Assembly (NCBI GenBank): GCA_947455215.1
Contig: CANGNA010000001.1
Coordinates: 52,800-116,799 of the forward strand
Direction: 5' to 3'
DNA: 64,000 nt
From: Chitinophagaceae bacterium
GTDB lineage: Bacteria > Bacteroidota > Bacteroidia > Chitinophagales > Chitinophagaceae
In this document: piece after piece, positions 20,402-30,635 of the stretch
Position numbering within the stretch: position 1 is the stretch's first letter
How the letters are laid out: each line of letters opens with the position of its first letter
Notes under the pieces: model-generated
The model's database searches: none
Seen by the model: only the letters and a program-made list of their open reading frames with translations
Told to the model about the DNA's origin: nothing
Program-made: the position numbers and the translations under genes

Positions 20402-21871
20402 ATGAGAAAACAGATCATCGCAGCACTATTGGTGCTCACCACCATCGCAGGATTTTTATGGCAGGGCTGTAAGAAATCCGACAACAATTCCAATTCGTCG
20501 TCCGACGCCGTTCTGTCTATTACTACCGGTGCCCAAACAGTTGCCCCGGGCAATACCATCAGCTACCAGGCCGTTGTTATCGACTCGAAAGGCAATGTAA
20601 CACCAGCTACTGGTGTCAGCTGGAGCGTCACCAATTCACTGGGTAGCTTTTCCGGCAATGTGTTTACTCCGAGTAATTCGGGTAGCGGAACCATTACGGC
20701 GTCGGCTACTGTAAATGGCAAAACACTTACTGCCAAGGTAGCTGTGGGTGTATACCTGCCTGCCGTGTTCACTGTGCTGCCATCGGCTATAGCATGGACC
20801 ACCAATGCAGGTACTATTCCGCTGTTGCCGGTTTACCTGGGTACGGGTTCTGTTACAAGCTACACTTATTCATCAAGCAATAGTTCTGTAGCATCGGTTG
20901 ACGCCAGTGGTAATGTAAGCTTTAATGCTACGGGTGAATGTGTGATCACAGTAACTGCCAATGGCCTGAGCGACAACAACAAGGTATACATACCGGTACT
21001 GGTTACCGGCCTTCCGCCGGTGTCGCTGCCTGTAGTGCGTGTGTCGGTAACACCATCGGGCAAAGAACTGTTCCGCGGCGAGACCTTTACATTCTCGGCT
21101 GCTGCGTTCAATAGTTCCAATACGCAGGTAAGCGGTACCACCTTTACATGGGCATCGCAGGATGCAGGTGTGGCGTCTGTTGATGCTACTGGTAAGGTTA
21201 CAGCAGTAGGCATTGGTCAGACCATCATCACGGCAACAGCCAACGGTATCACCGGCCAGGCAGAAGTGGATGTATTACCTGATTCGCTGATACTGGTAAC
21301 ACCTATTATGGCCAACATTGGCGCCGGTGCTACCAAGCAGTTTACCGCACAGGCCTATAGCGTGAACCATACCAGCCATGCGCTCACCGCCATAACTATG
21401 CCAGCCGGCCTTACCTGGGAAATACCCACAACAGGTATCCCGATCTTTGATATAGCTACAGTGAATGGCACCGGCCTGGTGACCATGAACTCTTCTGCAA
21501 CCGTTGGCCTGTCGAGCGTAGTGCTGGCGCACGTAAGCTCGCCGACCATAGAGCCGGGTTCTGCACTGATCATGGTTAGCGATTGCAATTGCGGCACTAC
21601 TACCGCAGGTGTAGACCATATCAACCTGCCGGGTGGTAATACTATGAATGCCTCTATTACCGGCGGCCCTGTTACGGTAAATGCAGTGGCGGTAGATGCC
21701 GGCAACAACCCTGTATCGGGTGCTACCATACACCTGTGTACCGATAATATGGCAGTATGTAATGTGGACAATTCTACCGGTCAGATCATACCTTCCAGCC
21801 CCGGCACAGCCGTGATCACAGTATGTAATGGCGGTGTATCTACCACTATTACGGTTACCGTTACGTTTTAA
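20402..21871 (+). CDS. Lipoprotein with several bacterial Ig-like (Big_2) domains
   Basis: Lipobox LWQGC; repeated SSNSSVASVDASG and SQDAGVASVDATGKVTAVGIG motifs. Confidence 0.88.
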   Translation: MRKQIIAALLVLTTIAGFLWQGCKKSDNNSNSSSDAVLSITTGAQTVAPGNTISYQAVVIDSKGNVTPATGVSWSVTNSLGSFSGNVFTPSNSGSGTITASATVNGKTLTAKVAVGVYLPAVFTVLPSAIAWTTNAGTIPLLPVYLGTGSVTSYTYSSSNSSVASVDASGNVSFNATGECVITVTANGLSDNNKVYIPVLVTGLPPVSLPVVRVSVTPSGKELFRGETFTFSAAAFNSSNTQVSGTTFTWASQDAGVASVDATGKVTAVGIGQTIITATANGITGQAEVDVLPDSLILVTPIMANIGAGATKQFTAQAYSVNHTSHALTAITMPAGLTWEIPTTGIPIFDIATVNGTGLVTMNSSATVGLSSVVLAHVSSPTIEPGSALIMVSDCNCGTTTAGVDHINLPGGNTMNASITGGPVTVNAVAVDAGNNPVSGATIHLCTDNMAVCNVDNSTGQIIPSSPGTAVITVCNGGVSTTITVTVTF

Positions 21872-21892
21872 TTGAAACTCTTTATTACAGAT

Positions 21893-21924
21893 ACCTCCTG
21901 CAGCTACCTGCAGGAGGTTTTCTT
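21893..21924 (+). terminator. Intrinsic terminator
   Basis: acctcctgcag-ctac-ctgcaggaggt plus T tail. Confidence 0.8.
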
Positions 21925-21950
21925 TGTATATTTGTTATATAAACTTTATT

Positions 21951-23384
21951 ATGAGATCATTCCTATACATCCTGTTATTCTTTTCTTCCTCGCTCTGTTT
22001 TGCCCAAAACTACCAATGCCTGCAGCCAGGTGTGCAGCATTACTTTATTAATAGCGACCACTATCTGAGAGGTGTACGCGTAGATTCTGTAAGCTTAAGT
22101 GGCGATACTACTGTTTACCACCTGTATCGCACCGAACGCGGCTCTTGTTTTGGCACAATGTATCTTGGTCCGTGCGATACCAATGGGGGTAGCTGGCTGG
22201 GGCATAGGGTATTGCAACAGGCTGACGGCACATTTATTTTCGATAACCGCTGGGGCAATAATGTTATTATAAAGCCGCAGGCAGCCGTTGGCGATAGCTG
22301 GGTAATGTACGCCGACGGTAGCAGCCTGCGTTACGATGCACAGGTAACAGGTATTGATACAATAACCGTTTTAGGTGTCTTGGACTCTGTAAAGCGGCTA
22401 CGCATTACGGCTAACGATACTGCCGGAGTGGTGACGACGGATTCCCTTACAGGTGTTGAGCTATTGCTGAGCAAGAACCATGGTTTTGTGCAGGTTTGTG
22501 ACCTGTACACATTCCCGTACCATAGAGCCGACTCTGCCTATCGTGCGGGATTAGATTTTTATTTAGATGTATGTACGAAAAATATGTATGGTACGTCTGT
22601 TTATAGGCCAGGCACAAGCAATGCTATTTTTAAAATAGTATCGCTTACACCACCCAACGATGTTGCCTTACATAATTGGAGTATTGGTGACGTTTTTGAG
22701 CGTAGCTACAGCGCCGGTTTATGGCCGAACTTTTATTCCGGCGGCAATATACTGGATAGCATTGTTTCTAAAAATGTAACCGGGCATAAAACAGTTTACG
22801 GTACATCTGGCTGGAGACGCGAAAGCGGTATGCAAATAATCCGGAGCGGAAGTGTGGTATATTACGATACTGTGTTCAGTATAGTGGACAGTATTAAAAT
22901 GCCGGAAGAACTTTACCTTAATAAGCCTATAGTGTACTTTTATCCTAAAGATACGTTTAACTGTATTACAGCCGATGAGTTTAAGCTATATGGCGATGGT
23001 CGGCATACAGAGGTTTATAAATGCCCGATAGGAATAATATCTTACTGGGATATGGATGATATGGGATATTTTTCTGACACCTCACTAATTGCCTATAAAA
23101 TGGGCTCCCGCATTTGCGGCAATTTACCTCCCGGGCTATCTGTTGCGCAGATATCAGCAGGTTTGCCACGCATAATTTTACACCCTAACCCTGTTACCGA
23201 TAATATCCTGATAGATGCTGACCTACCGATGAACAAGGTAGAAATGGTAGACATGACGAGCAGAGTCTTATTATATACGGAATGTAATACCACGAGTCTG
23301 CAGTTAGATGTCTCCCGATTCCCGCCCGGCCTATACTTAGTGCGTGTCAACAACAGCGTAGTGCAGCGTTTTGTAAAGCAATAG
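21951..23384 (+). CDS. Secreted protein with a T9SS type A sorting domain
   Basis: Signal peptide; LHPNPVTD...PPGLYLVRV...RFVKQ. Confidence 0.85.
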   Translation: MRSFLYILLFFSSSLCFAQNYQCLQPGVQHYFINSDHYLRGVRVDSVSLSGDTTVYHLYRTERGSCFGTMYLGPCDTNGGSWLGHRVLQQADGTFIFDNRWGNNVIIKPQAAVGDSWVMYADGSSLRYDAQVTGIDTITVLGVLDSVKRLRITANDTAGVVTTDSLTGVELLLSKNHGFVQVCDLYTFPYHRADSAYRAGLDFYLDVCTKNMYGTSVYRPGTSNAIFKIVSLTPPNDVALHNWSIGDVFERSYSAGLWPNFYSGGNILDSIVSKNVTGHKTVYGTSGWRRESGMQIIRSGSVVYYDTVFSIVDSIKMPEELYLNKPIVYFYPKDTFNCITADEFKLYGDGRHTEVYKCPIGIISYWDMDDMGYFSDTSLIAYKMGSRICGNLPPGLSVAQISAGLPRIILHPNPVTDNILIDADLPMNKVEMVDMTSRVLLYTECNTTSLQLDVSRFPPGLYLVRVNNSVVQRFVKQ

Positions 23385-23460
23385 TGGATTGCATGTGAAT
23401 GCCCACGGGCTTTTTACATTAATTAACCGCTCAGAGTGCATAACTCTTTGAGCCTTTGTT

Positions 23461-23468
23461 TATATTTG
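23461..23468 (+). promoter_or_regulatory. Bacteroidota -7 promoter box 4 nt before the rfbF ATG
   Basis: TATATTTG matches TAnnTTTG. Confidence 0.5.
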
Positions 23469-23472
23469 TTGT

Positions 23473-24246
23473 ATGAAGGTAGTCATATTCGCCGGCGGGC
23501 GCGGTACCCGTATATCCGAAGAATCCTCTTTAAGGCCTAAACCAATGATAGAAATAGGTGGTAAGCCTATCCTGTGGCATATCATGAAAATATATGCTGC
23601 CTATGGCCATACCGAATTCATCATTTGCCTGGGCTATAAGGCCTGGGTGGCTAAGGAATATTTTGCCAACTATTTCCTGCACAATGCCGACATTACCGTA
23701 GACCTGGCCACTAACAGCCTGGAAGTACATAAGAACTCTGCGGAGCCATTCAAAATATCGCTGATAGATACTGGGTTGGATACCATGACAGCAGGCCGGC
23801 TGAAGCGTGTGCTGCCTTACGTAGGTAACGAACCGTTCCTGCTGACCTACGGCGATGGTGTAAGCAATGTGAACATAGACGAGCTGGTTGCCTTCCACAA
23901 GAAGAGCGGCAAGATATGTACCATGACCGCCATACAGGCCACCAGCCGTTTTGGTGTGCTGAAGATGGAGGATGACGGCCTGATAGATAGCTTTGAAGAA
24001 AAGCCGGCTGACTCGGGTACGTGGATCAATGGTGGTTTCTTTGTGATAGAGCCGGAGATAGCCAAGTATCTGCACGATGATGCCGATGATATCATGTGGG
24101 AACGCCAGCCTATGATGGACCTGGCCCGCGACAAGCAGATAACAGCCTACAAGCATAATGACTTCTGGAAGTGTATGGACACTTTGAGAGATAAAGAAGA
24201 ATTAGAAAACCTCTGGCAAACAGACCCTATATGGAAAAAGTGGTAA
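23473..24246 (+). CDS. rfbF: Glucose-1-phosphate cytidylyltransferase
   Basis: AGGRGTRISEES, PKPMIEIGGKPILWHIMK, TMTAGRL, FWKCMDTLRDK. Confidence 0.95.
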   Translation: MKVVIFAGGRGTRISEESSLRPKPMIEIGGKPILWHIMKIYAAYGHTEFIICLGYKAWVAKEYFANYFLHNADITVDLATNSLEVHKNSAEPFKISLIDTGLDTMTAGRLKRVLPYVGNEPFLLTYGDGVSNVNIDELVAFHKKSGKICTMTAIQATSRFGVLKMEDDGLIDSFEEKPADSGTWINGGFFVIEPEIAKYLHDDADDIMWERQPMMDLARDKQITAYKHNDFWKCMDTLRDKEELENLWQTDPIWKKW

Positions 24247-25319
24247 GTATGGAGTACCTGCGGTCTGTATTCCGCGGCAAGCGTGTGTTTCTTACAGGGC
24301 ATACCGGTTTTAAGGGTTCGTGGATGCTGCAGATACTGCACGCTGCGGGTGCCCAGGTAAAGGGTTATGCTCTGGCGCCTGAAAAAACAGGCGACCTGTA
24401 TAATATAATAGATGGTGATAGCCTGTGCTATTCTTCGGTTATCGGCGATATATGCGATCACCAAAAGCTGAAGACGGAGCTGGTGCGTTTTGAGCCACAT
24501 TTCGTATTCCACCTGGCAGCACAGCCCCTGGTAAGGCGTGGTTATGCACAACCGCTGGAAACATTCCTCACCAATGTGCAGGGCACTGCGCATGTGCTGG
24601 ATGCCATCCGCCACTTACCGCCATCATGCGTGGGTGTGATGATCACTACAGATAAGGTATATGATAACCCCGAGCGCGGACTGCCTTTTAAGGAAGACGA
24701 CAAGCTGGGTGGCTACGATCCTTATTCTGCCAGTAAAGCGGCTGCGGAGATCATCATAGATTCTTACAGGCGTTCGTTCTTTAATCCCGATGATTTTTCT
24801 AATCACGAAAAGAGCATTGCAGCGGCACGTGCCGGCAATGTGATAGGCGGCGGCGATTATTCTGATGATCGCATCATACCGGATATTGTACGTTCCATCA
24901 GCTTTGGTGAGACAGTAGGCCTGCGTAATCCTAATTCTGTGCGCCCATGGCAGCATGTGCTGGAGCCGCTTGCCGGCTACCTGATGCTGGCTGCTAAGAT
25001 GAGCGAACAGCCTACCCAATACTGCACTGCCTATAATATGGGCCCCAACCCCGGCGATATGCTGACGGTAGAGGAGCTGACCAAGATATTTATAGAGCAA
25101 TACGGCCATGGCAGCTATAGATCGTTTGCCGAGGAAGGCGCACCACATGAGGCCAAACTGCTGCTGCTGGACAGCAACAAGATAACCGCCGACATAGGCT
25201 GGAAGCCTGTAATGGACGCCCGCACAGCGATAGAATGGACCGCTGCATGGTATGCCGACAAGCAACATACGCCCTACGATAAGTGCATGAAGCAGATTAA
25301 CACCTATTTTGGAGAGTAG
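24231..25319 (+). CDS. rfbG: CDP-glucose 4,6-dehydratase
   Basis: LTGHTGFKGSW, HLAAQPLV, YSASK, RAGNVIGGGD, RPWQHVLEPL; start could be 24249. Confidence 0.95.
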   Translation: MEKVVSMEYLRSVFRGKRVFLTGHTGFKGSWMLQILHAAGAQVKGYALAPEKTGDLYNIIDGDSLCYSSVIGDICDHQKLKTELVRFEPHFVFHLAAQPLVRRGYAQPLETFLTNVQGTAHVLDAIRHLPPSCVGVMITTDKVYDNPERGLPFKEDDKLGGYDPYSASKAAAEIIIDSYRRSFFNPDDFSNHEKSIAAARAGNVIGGGDYSDDRIIPDIVRSISFGETVGLRNPNSVRPWQHVLEPLAGYLMLAAKMSEQPTQYCTAYNMGPNPGDMLTVEELTKIFIEQYGHGSYRSFAEEGAPHEAKLLLLDSNKITADIGWKPVMDARTAIEWTAAWYADKQHTPYDKCMKQINTYFGE

Positions 25320-25340
25320 TGGCTTACTAATTTAGTTGGA

Positions 25341-25877
25341 ATGACATTTGAACCAACCCCGCTTGCGGGCGCATTAATTATAACATTACCGGCACCTAAA
25401 GATAGCCGTGGCCTGTTTGTCAAAACATTTCACGAGACCACTTTAAAGGCTGCCGGTATAGAGTTCACACTCAGGGAAAGTTATTTTTCCATCTCTAAAA
25501 AGGATGTGATCCGCGGTATGCATTTCCAGACACCGCCGCACCAGCACAGCAAAATAGTGTTCTGTCCGCAGGGGAGCATACTGGATGTGATAGTAGACCT
25601 GCGTAAAGCATCGCCTACATATGGCCAGTATTTTGCGCACGAACTGTCGGCAGACAACCATAAGGCGCTTTATATACCTGAAGGGTTTGCGCATGGTTTT
25701 AAAGCGGTAAGCGATGACGCCATGACCTACTACCTGGTAACGTCTGAACACAACAAGGCACACGATGCAGGTATCCGCTACGATAGCATTGGCCTCGACT
25801 GGGGGCTGGAGCATCCGATCATATCCGACCGTGATCTGTCGTTTGTAGCGCTGAAGGATTACGATAGTCCATTTTAG
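25341..25877 (+). CDS. rfbC: dTDP-4-dehydrorhamnose 3,5-epimerase family (RmlC/RfbC-like) protein
   Basis: DSRGLFVK, RGMHFQ, DLRKASPTYG, IPEGFAHGF. Confidence 0.88.
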   Translation: MTFEPTPLAGALIITLPAPKDSRGLFVKTFHETTLKAAGIEFTLRESYFSISKKDVIRGMHFQTPPHQHSKIVFCPQGSILDVIVDLRKASPTYGQYFAHELSADNHKALYIPEGFAHGFKAVSDDAMTYYLVTSEHNKAHDAGIRYDSIGLDWGLEHPIISDRDLSFVALKDYDSPF

Positions 25878-26023
25878 CAGGAGTTGATCCCGGCCATCGG
25901 GAGATGGCCTACAATGAAATTGAAAATTTCGCATAACTGGGTTCATTTGGGTTATCCGAAAACGAATACGCCCCGATGGTTGTTGGTGCGAACACCAACA
26001 ACTGCGCTAATAATGTGTATATA

Positions 26024-26329
26024 TCATTCTGCCATCTTTCTTATTGTCCATTCTTCAGCTACAGAGCCTCTTTCCGCTTCTTCACCATTCGCTATATGGA
26101 GAATATCCAGTATCGATTTGTCGGAATCCACCATATGCCCTAAACCAACAATTCTGGGTCGTTCATCACCATAGTGTAATCCGGCACAAAGAAATTGAAA
26201 CTCATCATCATCTTTACAGACGTATAAAATAGGACTTGTTTTTTCAAATACATGCGAGCATATGAAAACAGCAATATGGTATTCTTTTTCAGTTAGTTCA
26301 TGTCGTTTTTCGTTGTCAGGCGTGTTCAT
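26024..26329 (-). CDS. Hypothetical protein, AT-rich
   Basis: 101-aa ORF; CSHV...ILYV...FQFLC pattern. Confidence 0.65.
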   Translation of the reverse strand: MNTPDNEKRHELTEKEYHIAVFICSHVFEKTSPILYVCKDDDEFQFLCAGLHYGDERPRIVGLGHMVDSDKSILDILHIANGEEAERGSVAEEWTIRKMAE

Positions 26330-26379
26330 AGATATAAAAGTATGCAAGTTTGAACTTGTAAATTTGCTTGTTGATTGAC

Positions 26380-26407
26380 AAAGCCGCTCCCAACAGGAAG
26401 CGGCTTT
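26380..26407 (-). terminator. lepA terminator
   Basis: aaagccgct...agcggcttt hairpin. Confidence 0.75.
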
Positions 26408-26430
26408 ATCAATTCTATTTTAAACACTAA

Positions 26431-28227
26431 TTATTCGTCCAGTTTCAACACTGCGAGGAAGGCTTCCTGTGGTACGTCTACGTTGCCGAACTGGCGCATA
26501 CGTTTTTTGCCTTCTTTCTGTTTTTCCAGGAGCTTGCGCTTACGGGAGATGTCACCACCATAACACTTGGCGGTAACGTCTTTGCGCATAGCCGAAATGG
26601 TTTCGCGGGCCACTATCTTAGCACCTATGGCTGCCTGTATGGCTATTACGAACTGTTGTTTAGGTAAGAGGTCTTTCAGCTTGTTACACAGCTTGCGGCC
26701 AAAGTCTTGTGCGCGGCTGCGGTGTATGAGTGCGCTAAGGGCATCCAAAGGCTCACCATTCAGTAGTATATCCATCTTGCAGATATCGCTCTCACGGTAA
26801 TCTATAGGATGGTAGTCGAACGATGCATAACCACGGGTGCATGATTTAAGACGATCATAGAAGTCGAACACGATCTCTGTCAGCGGCATATCGAACAATA
26901 TCTCTACACGGGTAGGGGTGAGGTAGTTCTGGTTAATGAGCACGCCACGCTTATTAAGGCACAGGCTCATGATGTTACCTATATAGTCGGGCAGGGTGAT
27001 GATCTGCGCACGGATGAACGGCTCTTCGATACGATCGAGTCCGCTTGGTTCCGGCATTTCGCTCGGGTTATTCACTATCAGGCGCTTTTCTTTATCGCGC
27101 GTTTTGTAGGCGTAGAAGCTAACGTTGGGTACAGTGGTGATCACCGTCTGGTTGAACTCGCGCTCCAGGCGTTCCTGTATGATCTCCATATGGAGCATGC
27201 CGAGGAAGCCGCAACGGAAACCGAAGCCCAGCGCCTGCGATGTTTCGGGCTCAAAGGTGAGCGAGGCATCGTTGAGCTGGAGTTTTTCCATGCAATCGCG
27301 CAGGTCTTCGAAGTCGTCGGTCTCTACAGGGAAGATGCCTGCAAATACCATTGGCTTTACTTCCTGGAAACCCTTTACAGCCTCTATGCCGGCATTGGCC
27401 ACGGTGGTGATGGTATCGCCCACCTTTACATCGCGGGCATTCTTTATGCCGGTGATGATGTAGCCCACATTGCCCGCCGACATCTCTGTCTTAGGCGTTA
27501 GCGTGAGTTTCATTACACCGATCTCATCGGCAATGTATTCTGCATCGGTATGTATGAAGCGGATCTTATCGTTCTTCTTCATAGTACCGTTAAATATCCT
27601 GAAGTAAGCTATGATGCCACGGAACGGATTGAACACGCTATCGAAGATAACCGCCTGCAGGGGAGCGTTAGGGTCGCCCTTTGGTGCCGGTATACGTTCT
27701 ACAACCGCTTCAAGAATGCCTTCTATGCCTATGCCCGACTTGCCACTGGCCAGCAGTATCTCTTCAGGCTTGCAGCCTATCAGTTCTACTATCTGGTCGG
27801 TAACTTCCGGTATCATGGCACCATCCATGTCTATCTTATTGATGACAGGGATGATCTCGAGGTCGTTATCCAGCGCCAGGTACAGGTTAGATATGGTTTG
27901 TGCCTGTATGCCCTGCGATGCATCTACCAGCAACAGTGCGCCTTCGCAGGCAGCCAGTGCGCGGGATACTTCGTAAGAGAAGTCTACGTGGCCGGGTGTA
28001 TCGATGAGGTTGAAGATATATTTCTGCCCCTTCAGCTCATACTCCATCTGTATGGCGTGGCTTTTGATGGTGATACCCTTTTCGCGTTCAAGGTCCATGT
28101 CGTCGAGCACCTGGGCCTGCATGTCGCGTTGAGAGATGGTCTTGGTATGCTCTAAAAGACGGTCTGCCAGGGTACTTTTACCGTGGTCGATATGGGCAAT
28201 AATACAGAAATTCCTAATGTTTTGCAT
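26431..28227 (-). CDS. lepA: Translation elongation factor 4
   Basis: [43 protein letters not shown]. Confidence 0.99.
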   Translation of the reverse strand: MQNIRNFCIIAHIDHGKSTLADRLLEHTKTISQRDMQAQVLDDMDLEREKGITIKSHAIQMEYELKGQKYIFNLIDTPGHVDFSYEVSRALAACEGALLLVDASQGIQAQTISNLYLALDNDLEIIPVINKIDMDGAMIPEVTDQIVELIGCKPEEILLASGKSGIGIEGILEAVVERIPAPKGDPNAPLQAVIFDSVFNPFRGIIAYFRIFNGTMKKNDKIRFIHTDAEYIADEIGVMKLTLTPKTEMSAGNVGYIITGIKNARDVKVGDTITTVANAGIEAVKGFQEVKPMVFAGIFPVETDDFEDLRDCMEKLQLNDASLTFEPETSQALGFGFRCGFLGMLHMEIIQERLEREFNQTVITTVPNVSFYAYKTRDKEKRLIVNNPSEMPEPSGLDRIEEPFIRAQIITLPDYIGNIMSLCLNKRGVLINQNYLTPTRVEILFDMPLTEIVFDFYDRLKSCTRGYASFDYHPIDYRESDICKMDILLNGEPLDALSALIHRSRAQDFGRKLCNKLKDLLPKQQFVIAIQAAIGAKIVARETISAMRKDVTAKCYGGDISRKRKLLEKQKEGKKRMRQFGNVDVPQEAFLAVLKLDE

Positions 28228-28238
28228 AATAAGAGGGG

Positions 28239-28246
28239 CAAAGATA
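28239..28246 (-). promoter_or_regulatory. -7 box (TATCTTTG) of the lepA promoter
   Basis: Matches TAnnTTTG, 11 nt before the ATG. Confidence 0.6.
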
Positions 28247-28254
28247 CATCATTT

Positions 28255-28405
28255 AATGGCTCAATGGCTGAATGGCTCAATGGCTGAATGAATTTGATAA
28301 TTGAGGGTAATGTGGTGGAATGTAGCAATGTGATAGAATGTGATGGAATGTGTTGGAATGTGTGAGAGTTTCTGGTATTTGAAATTTGGAACTTGGGATT
28401 TGGTT
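28255..28405. repeat. Three stacked short tandem arrays: 8-mer AATGGCTS x4, 10-mer AATGTGnTRG x5-6, 7-mer GGnATTT-like x4-5
   Basis: Read directly at 28255-28290, 28309-28363 and 28374-28405. Confidence 0.85.
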
Positions 28406-28559
28406 TCAGTTTTTGTCTGCAATGCAGTGTTAATATAGGGCACCAATCACTATGAGAACCAATATTTTGTTTTTACTTTGCGTTGCCAGCCCCGAGGGGT
28501 TAAATAGCATTATTATTTTTATCAATCAAAAAAATGCGTGTAGCTACATATATTTGCCC

Positions 28560-29015
28560 ATGAGATTGGAGGAAGCATTGAAGACGACGAATTTTGCCAA
28601 CGAGACGCATAAGGCCACGCTGAACCTGATATATACCACTTATTGGTTGCGCAGCCATTTTACCGGTGCTATGAAGGACCATGGCATCACTATGGAGCAA
28701 TTTAATGTATTGAGGATATTGAAAGGTAAGCACCCGGAGCAAATGTGCGTAAAGGACATAGGCAGCAGGATGATAGAGAAAAGCTCGAACGTGCCACGTA
28801 TCATTGATAAGTTGATATTAAAGGAACTGGTGGAGCGTGGTCAATCGGCAGAGGATAAACGGGAGACCCTGGTAAGGCTTACAGATAAAGGCGTAGCGCT
28901 GTTGCAGGAAGCCAATGCTGCGCTTGAGGTATCTACAAAAGGGATATTAGGGCTCACCGAAGATGACGCAACCCAGCTGAATATGCTGCTGGAAAAGATG
29001 CGTAAGGTGGATTGA
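28560..29015 (+). CDS. MarR-family transcriptional regulator
   Basis: ITMEQFNVLRILKG, NVPRIIDKL, DKRETLVRLT; TATATTTG 3 nt upstream of the ATG. Confidence 0.93.
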   Translation: MRLEEALKTTNFANETHKATLNLIYTTYWLRSHFTGAMKDHGITMEQFNVLRILKGKHPEQMCVKDIGSRMIEKSSNVPRIIDKLILKELVERGQSAEDKRETLVRLTDKGVALLQEANAALEVSTKGILGLTEDDATQLNMLLEKMRKVD

Positions 29016-29021
29016 TGTTTG

Positions 29022-29165
29022 AAGTAGAAAGTAGAAAGCTGTTTTGTAAGAAGTATCGATAGCAATAGAAAATAAATAACATAAATAGAAATGGCCCGAA
29101 GCATATGTTTCGGGCCATTTCTATTTATGACTGTAGAAAAGCTTAAGACTTTCTACTTTCTACTT
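29022..29165. repeat. 17-bp perfect inverted pair of AAGTAGA heptamer repeats (29022-29038 / 29149-29165)
   Basis: aagtagaaagtagaaag ... ctttctactttctactt. Confidence 0.85.
29081..29128. terminator. Bidirectional terminator between marR and accC
   Basis: Perfect 20-bp stem ataaatagaaatggcccgaa / ttcgggccatttctatttat. Confidence 0.9.
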
Positions 29166-29173
29166 ACGACTAA

Positions 29174-30511
29174 TTACAACAGCTTGAAGCTTTCGATGAA
29201 TTTGGTAGTGAAGTTGCCTGCGCGGAAGTCGGGGTCGCGCATCAGCTGCATGTGGAAAGGTATGGTTGTTTTCACACCTTCTATCACATATTCGCTAAGG
29301 GCGCGCTCCATTGTATTGATGGCTTCTTCGCGGGTCTGGGCTACTGCGATCACCTTAGCGATCATAGAATCGTAATAAGGCGGGATGGTATAGCCTGCGT
29401 AGATATGCGAGTCGACACGCACACCGTGGCCACCCGGCGTGTGCAGGGTAGTGATCTTGCCAGGGCACGGACGGAAATCGTTGTACGGATCTTCGGCATT
29501 GATACGGCACTCGATAGCGTGGATCTTTGGTTCGTAGTTCTTACCGCTGATAGGTATGCCTGCTGCGATCTTGATCTGTTCTTTGATCAGATCGTAACTG
29601 ATCACTTCTTCAGTAACACCGTGCTCTACCTGGATACGCGTGTTCATTTCCATGAAGTAGAAATTGCGGTGCTTGTCTACCAGGAACTCTATGGTACCAA
29701 CACTTTCGTAGTTGATAGCAGAGGCTGCCTTGATAGCTGCTTCACCCATCTTCTGGCGCAGTTCCGGCGTCATGAACGGAGAAGGTGACTCTTCTACCAG
29801 CTTCTGGTGACGACGCTGTATAGAGCAGTCGCGCTCAGACAGGTGACAAACGGTACCAAACTGGTCGCCGGCAACCTGTATCTCTATATGGCGGGGTTCT
29901 TCAACGAACTTCTCCATATAGATACCATCGTTCTTGAAAGAAGCTGCTGCTTCTATCTTGGCGGTATTATAGGCATATTCCAGTTCGCTTTCTTCCCATA
30001 CCACGCGCATACCCTTACCACCACCACCTGCAGTGGCCTTAATGATAACCGGATAGCCCATGGCTTTAGCAATACCCTTGGCTTCGTCCACGCTCTGCAA
30101 CAGACCGTCGGAGCCAGGTATCACGGGTACGTTGGCCTTTATCATGGTTTCCTTCGCAGTGATCTTGTCTCCCATAGAGTTGATCATCTCCGGCGTAGGG
30201 CCAATGAATTTGATATTGTATTTGGCACATATCTCGGCAAACTTGGCATTTTCTGCCAGGAAGCCATAGCCCGGGTGAATGGCGTCGGCATTGGTAATTT
30301 CTGCCGCTGCCATTATATGCTGTATGTTCAGGTAAGAGTCGCTGCTCTGTGCCTTGCCTATGCATACTGCCTCGTCGGCAAAGCGCACGTGCAGGCTCTC
30401 CTTATCGGCAGTAGAGTATACTGCAACGGTACGGATGCCCATCTCGCGGCAGGTACGAATGATACGCAGTGCGATCTCACCCCTGTTGGCAATCAGTATT
30501 TTTTTAAACAT
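29174..30511 (-). CDS. accC: Acetyl-CoA carboxylase biotin carboxylase subunit
   Basis: [43 protein letters not shown]; the TTG at 30529 lies in the repeat and is not the start. Confidence 0.98.
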   Translation of the reverse strand: MFKKILIANRGEIALRIIRTCREMGIRTVAVYSTADKESLHVRFADEAVCIGKAQSSDSYLNIQHIMAAAEITNADAIHPGYGFLAENAKFAEICAKYNIKFIGPTPEMINSMGDKITAKETMIKANVPVIPGSDGLLQSVDEAKGIAKAMGYPVIIKATAGGGGKGMRVVWEESELEYAYNTAKIEAAASFKNDGIYMEKFVEEPRHIEIQVAGDQFGTVCHLSERDCSIQRRHQKLVEESPSPFMTPELRQKMGEAAIKAASAINYESVGTIEFLVDKHRNFYFMEMNTRIQVEHGVTEEVISYDLIKEQIKIAAGIPISGKNYEPKIHAIECRINAEDPYNDFRPCPGKITTLHTPGGHGVRVDSHIYAGYTIPPYYDSMIAKVIAVAQTREEAINTMERALSEYVIEGVKTTIPFHMQLMRDPDFRAGNFTTKFIESFKLL

Positions 30512-30519
30512 CTTTTTCA

Positions 30520-30557
30520 AATGGCTCAATGGCTTAATGGCTCAATGGCTTAATGCT
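30520..30557. repeat. AATGGCTY x4 octamer array just upstream of the accC start
   Basis: aatggctc aatggctt aatggctc aatggctt aatgct. Confidence 0.9.
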
Positions 30558-30635
30558 TTTGCCTTCGGCAACAAATGGAGCAATACCTTAATTATTTACT
30601 CCATTGTCATTAGCTTTTGTGCCGCCGTTGATATT

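Noticed and set aside
29252-30553. Long antisense ORFs over accC, and likewise over sdhA, ftsH, lepA, nrdAB, rel and the FG-GAP gene
   Set aside because: Shadow frames of strongly biased real genes; no motifs.
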